Below are positions 24,899 to 33,305 of a DNA stretch of 64,000 nt, one piece after another (positions within the stretch are counted from its first letter, which is position 1; the number at the start of each line of letters is the position of its first letter). Where the stretch lies: NCBI GenBank assembly GCA_976226885.1, contig OZ320315.1, positions 81,282,001 through 81,346,000 of the forward strand, in the 5' to 3' direction. A model generated the notes under the pieces. The model made no database searches and was not told the origin of the DNA. It saw only the letters and a list, made by a program, of their open reading frames with translations. Position numbers and translations under genes: made by a program. This DNA is from Iphione sp. A-MEVVRFRX5. Its lineage: Eukaryota.

Positions 24899-26281
24899 AT
24901 GTCTGCAAGTGAAAAGGTACGAAATCACAGGGACTTAACAATTACTCCGGAACATGACAGAAAGAGATCAACATCGAGAAAACGACCGAGGGGACCAGGA
25001 TCTGACGGAGAAGATACTACGAGACCCAACTCAGGTGAACCAACGATAGGAGCCCTTATGGAGGAATTAAAGAAAAGCACTGCCGAACAAAGGGAGCTTT
25101 CCATGGACATCAAATCCGAAATCGAAGGTATGAGTACTTTACTTAAAACAACAGTACAAACCGTCAGTGAACACACAACTAAAATTGAAAAACTTGAAGC
25201 TGAGGTGAATCAACTACGAGACGAAAATAAAAAGCTAAAGGCCGAATTTATAGCCAAGGCAGCTTACAAAACTGGTAACCCAGAGATCGAAAAGATAAAC
25301 AGTGAAAATATGTCGATGAACAAGAACTACCGTCGCTATAACATTTTCATTGATGGACTTGATGAAATCCCTGGTGAGAACGCTATTGCCATAAGCATAG
25401 GCCTATTTGCAACAATGGGAGTAACATTGGCTGAAACAGACATAGACATAGCGTATCGCACGTCACGAAAAAACAAGGACGGCAAACGGGGAATGTTCTT
25501 GCGCTTCACCCGGTTATCAGCCAAAGAGAAAGTAATGGCTGCCAAAAAGAACCTGAAGGGGAAGAACATTTGGATAAACCCAGATGAAAGCAAGGACGAA
25601 AGAAGAATACGCCAAAACCTACAAGCTGTAGCTAAGCAGGTAAAGCATAAAGCACCCACAAAGGTAGTCAAGCTACGCGAACAGAAAATAGAAATAGACA
25701 ATAAATGGTATACACACGATAATTTGCACAAGGTTCCTTCAGAATATGGACTTGCTGCAGCTAGGCAACGTACTACAGACCAACATGTTATCATATCTGG
25801 CGAAGGGGCCCCATTCTCAAACCTGACTAAATGCAAATTTCGGTGGTGTGAAACTGACTTCTCATCTAGCGAACAGGCCCTATGTTGGGCTAAAGCCGCC
25901 AAAAAGGGTGACGACCTCAAAGCCGCGTCTATCGAGCAGATCCACGACCCAACAGCCCTTGTGACAACTAGGAAAAAAATGACTGGTAGCAAAACCTGGG
26001 ATAATGAGAAAAGAGCTGTATTGAAGGACATCCTATTTCACAAATACAGTCAAAACATTGAACTAAAGAACTTATTGATCTCAACCGGCAACAAAATAAT
26101 AGTTGAAGCGAGCAAGGACCTGTACTGGGGAACAGGCACTGACCCCCACTCAGAGGAAATCAGGAACGGTACCTACAAAGGTAAAAATATCCTCGGTAAG
26201 GTGCTTGAGGAAGTGAGGCGTGACCTTACTTCCACGACTGCTCCCACGAATGAAAACGAGTCTGACATGACAGTGGAGTAG
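24899..26281 (+). CDS. LINE ORF1: coiled coil + L1-type RRM/CTD fused to a C-terminal NADAR (YbiA-like) domain (about 25787-26227)
   Basis: ORF1 motifs RRYNIFIDGLDE, IDIAYR, MFLRF, IWINPD. NADAR motifs FSN, SEQ...AKA, KYSQN..LKNLLISTG, IVEAS.D.YWG.G, GKN.LG..L..VR..L. Confidence 0.88.
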   Translation: MSASEKVRNHRDLTITPEHDRKRSTSRKRPRGPGSDGEDTTRPNSGEPTIGALMEELKKSTAEQRELSMDIKSEIEGMSTLLKTTVQTVSEHTTKIEKLEAEVNQLRDENKKLKAEFIAKAAYKTGNPEIEKINSENMSMNKNYRRYNIFIDGLDEIPGENAIAISIGLFATMGVTLAETDIDIAYRTSRKNKDGKRGMFLRFTRLSAKEKVMAAKKNLKGKNIWINPDESKDERRIRQNLQAVAKQVKHKAPTKVVKLREQKIEIDNKWYTHDNLHKVPSEYGLAAARQRTTDQHVIISGEGAPFSNLTKCKFRWCETDFSSSEQALCWAKAAKKGDDLKAASIEQIHDPTALVTTRKKMTGSKTWDNEKRAVLKDILFHKYSQNIELKNLLISTGNKIIVEASKDLYWGTGTDPHSEEIRNGTYKGKNILGKVLEEVRRDLTSTTAPTNENESDMTVE

Positions 26282-26330
26282 AAGAATAGCTACACTAGGT
26301 AACGCAGCGTTCAAACACCACACCGACACC

Positions 26331-27023
26331 ATGATACGCCGGCCTGTCACTATAGCATGCAGTAGTCACGGGAGAGGACTCCAACACCTTTTTGCTGACG
26401 ATCGCTTCAATATACGTGTGCAATTCTATCCTGGAGGAGAGATACTTGGGATAGCACGTCGTGCATGTCGAGATCATCGGGGGATCGACCCATGGGCACT
26501 TATCCTATGGGCCGGCGGGAACAACATTACTCAGCTTCATCGCATGGGACCTGCCGAGAATCAACGACGTTATATTACCCTCCGATATCCGACTGTAGAA
26601 GAAGCAGTAGACACTATCATATCTGAGTACATCCAAGCCATTCAAATACTGCGGAGCCGTTTCCCGGGCTGCTATGTGTTCCTGTCAACAATTTTCGGAT
26701 CGGATTACGCAACCTCCAACCATAGAATGAACGGTTACATGAATCGTGGTGGGCGCGCTATACGACTTCAGGCAATGCTCAACGAGACGGTGGTCCGTCT
26801 GAATCGTTTTATTGTACACCACAACATGTCGAATGGATTCCCAGTGCCCTGGACTATGTCTGTCCTTCACAGTCGCAACAATGGACGTTGGAGACACCGG
26901 CTGGTCCGTTTACGGGACGGCTGCCACCTGCGTCGACAATGGCACCCCACGGTCGCTAGACACCTAGAAGCTGCCCTGATACTCCTATGGTCGTCCGAAC
27001 AAAATTGGGGTGAACTTCACTGA
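26331..27023 (+). CDS. LINE middle ORF: SGNH/GDSL esterase-like protein (230 aa)
   Basis: Four SGNH blocks in order: ACSSHG (Ser), YPGG (Gly), WAGGNN (Asn), RDGCH (Asp-x-x-His). Confidence 0.8.
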   Translation: MIRRPVTIACSSHGRGLQHLFADDRFNIRVQFYPGGEILGIARRACRDHRGIDPWALILWAGGNNITQLHRMGPAENQRRYITLRYPTVEEAVDTIISEYIQAIQILRSRFPGCYVFLSTIFGSDYATSNHRMNGYMNRGGRAIRLQAMLNETVVRLNRFIVHHNMSNGFPVPWTMSVLHSRNNGRWRHRLVRLRDGCHLRRQWHPTVARHLEAALILLWSSEQNWGELH

Positions 27024-27422
27024 AACCCGAAGCTAAGTACTCTATACTACCTAAACCTTGACTGTTTATTTCCCTCTTTTGACTTTGTTGACACTATTCT
27101 ACTGTAACTAATGTCGAACGGGTTGATAACCCCGCCGACTGTGAACAATCACTAGTACCATACCAGCAAGAACAGGTCGGTGACCTATGTATACCATAAA
27201 TCGCATTAAAGTTACCAACCCGATACCTCCTCGTTTATCAACATGATTTTACTGATAAGCCGCATTTTTGATGCAATTTCTGACAGACAGTGCTGTCTAT
27301 CTTAATGATTTATTCACAAAACATCACCTGTTTCACCCTCATTAATCGCATCGTCTCAAACATCTCCCCGATTTCACTTCATCCGAACTGTGCCAAACCT
27401 ACCTGCATACTAATGGATATCA

Positions 27423-30218
27423 ATGATTAGTATTTCATGCCTTAATATTCGCAGCCTATTAAAAAACTGGGAAGAATTTGAAATAACGGTACAAAGTAGA
27501 TGCGCCGATGTATTCCTACTATCTGAAACCTGGCTACAAGAAAATATAAGATCTGCCTTGATAACCATCCCTAATTATCACTTATATCGTAATGATCGTA
27601 AACACAAAAGAGGGGGGGGTGTACTAGCTTATATATCGAATAAATATGAATCTGTACTGGATCTGTGTGCAGATAGTGTACGAAGCACGGAAAACATTGA
27701 ATGCCTATGGTTACACTATCACACCAAGTGCCGCTCAATCTATATCTGCAACTTATACAGACCCCCCAAAGGTGATATCAAATTGTTTTTTACAAACCTC
27801 CAGACTGATATTGACGCCAAGCGTGGCCACGGAAACAAAGATATCATAATCAGTGGTGACTTCAATATCGACTGGAACAACTCGACTAGTATAGCTTGTC
27901 AATCACTTAGATTCTTCTGTCTTGAGAATGGGTTGAAACAACACATTATGGAAAATACTAGAGTTACAGCCACTAGTGCCACAACCATCGACCTGCTACT
28001 TAGTTCACTTGATCGAAGTGAAATCAAAACTAACACGATAGATGTGATGTATAGTGATCACAAAATGATTGAAGCGGTACTATTGAATACGCCTATGCAA
28101 TCGCATAAAACTTATTATTACCGACCATACAGCAAACTCAGTCAGGAAGAGTTCCTTGAACTGACGAATAAACTAAACTGGAACGAAATAGTAAGATGGA
28201 ACGACCTTGACTTATCTTGGTATGTAATTGAACAGTTCATCAAAGAAATAATAGATGACAAATGTCCACTTAAATCCTCAACGAGTAGGCAAAAGGGACG
28301 GCCGTGGGTTAAGCAAGAACACTACGATCAAATCAGAGAACGAAACAGACTCAGCAAGATTTATATTAAAGAAAACACTCCTGAAAATAGATTGGCACTT
28401 AGATTGGCTACGCGTAAGGTGAGAAAATCATTGGTTAGCTCTAGATCAAAGTACATTCAGACAGAAATTGATAATTCGAAAGATAACCCACAGCAATACT
28501 GGAACAAGATGAAAACACAGCTAGGCCTTCTCGACAACAGAGAAAATATAATCATGTCCGCTAAAAATGGTAGCCGCTTGTCTGACCTGGAGATAGCTAG
28601 TTGTATTAACGTATACTTTGTAAGTATCGGAGATACATTGTCTACCGAAATGTCGCAACCGTATGTCCACTCAGAAAAAAACATACCTTGTAATCTTGAG
28701 GTAGAGCCTATCAGTATGGAAGAACTACAACGTGCGATTAGCAGCATAAGTGCCTCTAAGAACAGTGGTATCTATGGACTATCTGGCCTATATATACAAA
28801 ACTTGATGAAACATCGAAAAGAATTCTTCCTCGACTTCTTCAACGCTTCACTAAACATGAGCGTAGTCCCCCTGGGTTTCAAAAAATCCAAAGTTACCCC
28901 TCTTCATAAAAAAGGTGATAAAAATCTACCAGCAAATTACAGACCTATAAGCATACTAAACTTTCCTAATAAGGTACTTGAACGGATTATCCACACGAGA
29001 CTCTATCGGTACTTGGAAAATGAAAATCTATTGACTGAACATCAGTTCGGATTCCGTCGTTCAAAAGGTACTGAAATAGCCATCTCCACGCTGACGGATC
29101 AAATCCACTCCGACCTGAACAATAACAAGAGAGTACAATGTGCATTTGTTGACTTTGCAAAGGCATTCGACAGTGTCGACCATAGTATCCTGCTGAGAAA
29201 ACTGAAAGACTACAATATCGGCATGTACGAAGCCTGGCTAAGAAACTACCTAACGGGCAGAATGCAAAGCACACTAGTAAACGGTACTGAATCTGAAGAA
29301 AAACCCGTCAAATGCGGAGTGCCACAGGGGTCTATTCTTGGACCGTTGCTCTTCCTAATATTCGTCAACGATCTACCTGAAAGTCTTACCACCTGTAAAA
29401 GCCTGCTTTACGCGGACGACCTGGTCTTAATATCAACAGGAAACACACACGAGATATGCATGGCTCAACTACAAACTGGTCTAACTGAACTAGAGAATTG
29501 GGCCAACAACAACCGAATCAAAGTCAATATATCCAAAACAAAATGCATGGAATTCACTTATCGACCAGGGGCTAGAATCCTAGACCTTCAATACAAGAAT
29601 GAACCACTAGAACAAGTTAAATACTTCAACTACCTAGGAGTAGAACTAGATGCTCAGTTGAACTTCTCTAAACATCTTACATCATTGACAAGTAGGGGAT
29701 ATTTCAAACTGAAGCATTACAGAAAAATACGCAAATACCTTAATAAGGAAACGGCTGTGAAATTAGTAAAGACCATGTTGCTTCCCATCACTGAATATGG
29801 ACTCGTCTTTACCTCCAATGCTAAACAAACAATACTCAACAAACATATCACTATGAGGAAAAGAATACATGAAATGTCTACAGGAATGGTCATAAGCAGG
29901 GATGATGTTGAATCTGAATTACGAGGCATCACCGACTGTACAATTCTGCGTATAGGATACACCGTCCTAACCAAAGAAGAAGTACCTGATAACAACCCCC
30001 TGGTCCGGCAAACTCGAGGTGCCCTAAAACGTCCAATCCAAGAGATCCCTAGGATAACGAAAGACGGATATAGAAGATCGATAAGATATAGATTTTCCAA
30101 TGCTTGGAGGAATATACTCAGTATCGCTGAAACCAACCTTCCCCCGCAGAAATTTAGAAAAATGCTACAAAAGAAAAGGCGACAAACGGTAATTAAAGCC
30201 CATTTTTATGTCCCTTAG
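27423..30218 (+). CDS. LINE ORF2: apurinic endonuclease + reverse transcriptase (931 aa)
   Basis: APE motifs CLNIRSL, LSETWL, YRPP, GDFN, IDL, SDH. RT motifs NYRPIS, QFGFR, DFAKAFD, GVPQGSILGP, YADD, YLG. Confidence 0.97.
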   Translation: MISISCLNIRSLLKNWEEFEITVQSRCADVFLLSETWLQENIRSALITIPNYHLYRNDRKHKRGGGVLAYISNKYESVLDLCADSVRSTENIECLWLHYHTKCRSIYICNLYRPPKGDIKLFFTNLQTDIDAKRGHGNKDIIISGDFNIDWNNSTSIACQSLRFFCLENGLKQHIMENTRVTATSATTIDLLLSSLDRSEIKTNTIDVMYSDHKMIEAVLLNTPMQSHKTYYYRPYSKLSQEEFLELTNKLNWNEIVRWNDLDLSWYVIEQFIKEIIDDKCPLKSSTSRQKGRPWVKQEHYDQIRERNRLSKIYIKENTPENRLALRLATRKVRKSLVSSRSKYIQTEIDNSKDNPQQYWNKMKTQLGLLDNRENIIMSAKNGSRLSDLEIASCINVYFVSIGDTLSTEMSQPYVHSEKNIPCNLEVEPISMEELQRAISSISASKNSGIYGLSGLYIQNLMKHRKEFFLDFFNASLNMSVVPLGFKKSKVTPLHKKGDKNLPANYRPISILNFPNKVLERIIHTRLYRYLENENLLTEHQFGFRRSKGTEIAISTLTDQIHSDLNNNKRVQCAFVDFAKAFDSVDHSILLRKLKDYNIGMYEAWLRNYLTGRMQSTLVNGTESEEKPVKCGVPQGSILGPLLFLIFVNDLPESLTTCKSLLYADDLVLISTGNTHEICMAQLQTGLTELENWANNNRIKVNISKTKCMEFTYRPGARILDLQYKNEPLEQVKYFNYLGVELDAQLNFSKHLTSLTSRGYFKLKHYRKIRKYLNKETAVKLVKTMLLPITEYGLVFTSNAKQTILNKHITMRKRIHEMSTGMVISRDDVESELRGITDCTILRIGYTVLTKEEVPDNNPLVRQTRGALKRPIQEIPRITKDGYRRSIRYRFSNAWRNILSIAETNLPPQKFRKMLQKKRRQTVIKAHFYVP

Positions 30219-30957
30219 GAGATGTAAGAATGACTGTACTGTGAACCACTCTCTTGCAACGACGAACCAAAAAGAATAAACAACTCTTTCTATAGGTATA
30301 AGAAAGAGGGTGATGCCCTGCCTATTGTACTAATTGTGTGTGTATCTTGAGCGCAGAGGAGGGCGATGCCCTGCCATTGAACCAAACATCAAAAAACAGG
30401 GTGATGCCCTTAAGTTGAAATATCACAAATACACATGCAATTCAGTATCAATACTTCCACCTTAGTAACTCAATAAATATCAACATTCTCGCCTATTGTA
30501 TACTAATCATGACATAGCAACTTAAGGCACACTCAATCCACCTCCCTCTCATCCATTGTGATATACCCATCCATCCATCACCATCCTACCCCCATTATCA
30601 CACTGTACATAATCATATGTATCATAGAGACTGTAGAAACTGGAAAAAAACGAGCAAATGCCTGTAAATACTTCCAGTGTAAATAAAGTTTAAAAAAAAA
30701 AAAAAAAAAATCATCACGCAACGTAGAGATATTACTTGTCATTGCAGGAGCAGTTGCAGTGAGAGAAATCCTTAAAAAGTATTAAGTTACACCTATCACT
30801 CGTAAAGGATGAATGTATACATTTACATGTACGAAACGCACGTATCGCAAAAATGGAGTACGGCCATGTAGATGTACAGTGTTTTCTGAAAATGTACTTC
30901 AGTGCCGAATATGAACCCGTTATTCATTACGTTTTCCTTACCTGTTTACTACGACAG

Positions 30958-31104
30958 GTACCTTTGAGAAAGAACCTTTGTGTGGCCGACCGAAGGGCGT
31001 CGGTGTTCATCCCCTGTCTGGTCAACTCTACTTTCTAGACGCCTACTTCGGACTACACCGCATAGACCCCGAGAATGGACACGTAGAAAGAGTGCTGAGT
31101 AATG
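30958..31104 (+). CDS. APMAP: APMAP-like exon (TFEKEPLCGRPKG...DAYFGL)
   Basis: CGRP.G and DAY.GL motifs; AG/GT boundaries, phase 1-1. Confidence 0.92.
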
Positions 31105-31616
31105 GTAATGTAGCGCCACAGTTCCAGAGCATAGTCTCCGAGGCCATCTGAGCCAAATGAAGCACCGCGATATATCACTTATGCTGCAGCATCATGGGAA
31201 TGTATGAGCGGCCGTGACACCTGTAAAGGGCATTGCTAAATGGCTTTGATCGCTACCTGTAATCAGTGCCCTGTAACTTAAAGGATTATCGTTTGAAGAT
31301 ATACATGTATGTAGTATGGATAAATGCATAAATAGTTGTTCTTATAAATACCAGACGATAAAGCCGTTCATCCGTTGGGAAATACAATGTTCCTTGAGAT
31401 TCTTCAATCGGTGTCATCAAAGTTTTTTTTTAAACGAAACAATGCCGGCATTGGCATCCTGATATGAGGAGATTTGGTTGTAAAAATACCCTTCTCTATC
31501 AGTTATATGTATTTGCAGTGGATTTGCTCGTCTGAAATATAACTGATGTTACCGGTGTGTACGCCATTAACACTTTAAAGCCTAGAATCTCTGATTCACG
31601 CTTTTTTCCCACTCAG

Positions 31617-31729
31617 TGATGGATGGAGTCTCCTCCCACTTCTACAATGGCCTGACAATCTCATCACTTGGTGACATCTACTTCACCGACTCAAGTAGCA
31701 GATGGGACCGACGCAATTATAGGTATGAG
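31617..31729 (+). CDS. APMAP: APMAP-like exon (FYNGLTIS..GDIYFTDSSSRWDRR)
   Basis: Strictosidine synthase signature IYFTDSS; AG/GT boundaries. Confidence 0.93.
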
Positions 31730-32141
31730 GTAAGATTCGTGAGCCAAGCAGGGCTTCCTTCTTACTTAGCTCTGAAGCTAATGAACTGACGCTAGTCTGA
31801 CGTATTGGCTATTGTGCTTACAAACTTACGTGTCACCAACAGTTAGGAAACATATAAGGACAGGAAGTTGCCTTAGATGTACCTTTCATCGCTCGCATTT
31901 CTGACGTCTGATCGTTGGCTTTGCAACAGAAAAGCCACCGAATACTGCAAGGCGAGAACTGAATCAGAATGAACTGAACTGGATAGCTTCACATTCAGGA
32001 GATAACGATAAAAATGTACAGATACAGCTTTATGGAGACACGGGGGAAACCAGTCCATAGCAGACCCGGTGATCGAGGATATAGGGTAATATATAAGATA
32101 TATCACATGGCTGAAACGCTCAAAAGCTTTCTATTTATTAG

Positions 32142-32302
32142 GTGATAGAGCTTAACCACCTCGGGCGCGTGCTGCATTATGACCCCACCAGCGGTCGTTT
32201 GAAGACACTCCTGTCAGGGCTTTGCCTGGCTAATGGCATCGCTCTATCAACTGATGAATCCTTCCTGGTTTTTGCTGAAATGAGCATTTGTCGTCTTAGC
32301 AA
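32142..32302 (+). CDS. APMAP: APMAP-like exon (GRVLHYDP...ANGIALS.DESFLVFAE)
   Basis: GR.L.YD and NG..LS..E.F motifs; AG/GT boundaries, in frame. Confidence 0.93.
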
Positions 32303-32463
32303 GTGAGTTTGTTCCATCACCATTCAGTCTATAATATTTAATCGATGCAAGGCAGACTCTGTTCGGCAGTGGGAATAGTGTATTCATAGTGAACGCCGGA
32401 CAGAATCTTATCTCTCGTTGTCATGTGCATCGATCCACCACTTCCTGTTGTACTGCATTGCAG

Positions 32464-32665
32464 ATTCTATTTGAAAGGACCCAAAGCAGGCCAGATGGAA
32501 ACCTTCTATGACAACCTACCTGGTTATCCCGATAATATAAAGTTGTCAAGTCGTGGCACGTTCTACGTTGGCCTGGCCTCGGTGAGATATGAAGGGTCCA
32601 GTCCCATAGGCTCCTTCCTGGATATAATAGCTCCCTATCCGGCTCTGAAGAGATTTATTGCCAAG
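32464..32665 (+). CDS. APMAP: APMAP-like exon (FYLKGPKAG...NLPGYPDNI)
   Basis: NLPG.PDNI signature; AG/GT boundaries, in frame. Confidence 0.93.
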
Positions 32666-33083
32666 GTAAGATTTACTCTCCAGTATATAATCCTAGAGGG
32701 ACATGAACGTCCTCTACCACGATTTACCCATCACGCATGCAAGAGCCTACTTAACTCTCACCGTCGAATCATATCCTTCTGTACATAGCCATTACCATGA
32801 ATAAAATAAACTGCTGACTCCATATAATACTCATTGCATGTACCTTTGAAATGAAGAGTAACTTAGTGAGAGACTTAATTTTCGGAGGGAATAAATATGG
32901 ATATTAAAGGACCAGATGCGATACAATACCTAGAATAAATGCGGGAAGGGGACAGATTTAGAAATACGGAAGACGATGTGGTCAATGGATACAACATGAG
33001 TAAATGGAACAAGTTAAATAAGATAGCAAACTGTACGGTTGCAGATCAGTGCTGACTTACTTGTTTTATAACACCCTTTTCAG

Positions 33084-33305
33084 GTGACACCCTGGGGGGC
33101 GTATAACCTGTTTCTTCCACGGCATGCTATTCTACTGGAGTTCAACGAAAATGGGGAAGTTGAGAATAGCTTCCACGATCCAGACGGCGACACTATACGA
33201 ACCGGTCTCGGAGATGCATTTGAACACCGTGGTGCCATCTACACCGGACATTTTGAACGACCATTTGTCGGCTATATTAAAACAGAAGATCTGTACAAAG
33301 ACTAG
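33084..33305 (+). CDS. APMAP: APMAP-like terminal exon (...SFHDPDG...YTGHF..PFVG, stop)
   Basis: S.HDP.G motif; acceptor ccttttcag; ends in TAG. Confidence 0.9.
   Translation: MTPWGAYNLFLPRHAILLEFNENGEVENSFHDPDGDTIRTGLGDAFEHRGAIYTGHFERPFVGYIKTEDLYKD

Larger units (their letters stand above)
24571..30710 (+). mobile_element. Full-length non-LTR retrotransposon (CR1/L2/Crack-like group), three ORFs, inside an APMAP intron in sense orientation
   Basis: APE-RT ORF, AATAAA at 30682-30687, A19 tail at 30692-30710, candidate TSD TCATCA (24565-24570 and 30711-30716), YY1-like caagatggcg near the 5' end (24587-24596). All three ORFs are uninterrupted. Confidence 0.92.

Noticed and set aside
24925-30136. 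Antisense ORFs within the LINE (231, 139 aa and others)
   Set aside because: Shadow frames of the sense ORFs with no motifs.
23893-30963. 7-bp direct repeat GGTACCT at both ends of the LINE-containing APMAP intron
   Set aside because: Could suggest intron gain, but AG|GT similarity at splice sites makes short matches common; it is not the LINE TSD and needs ortholog comparison.
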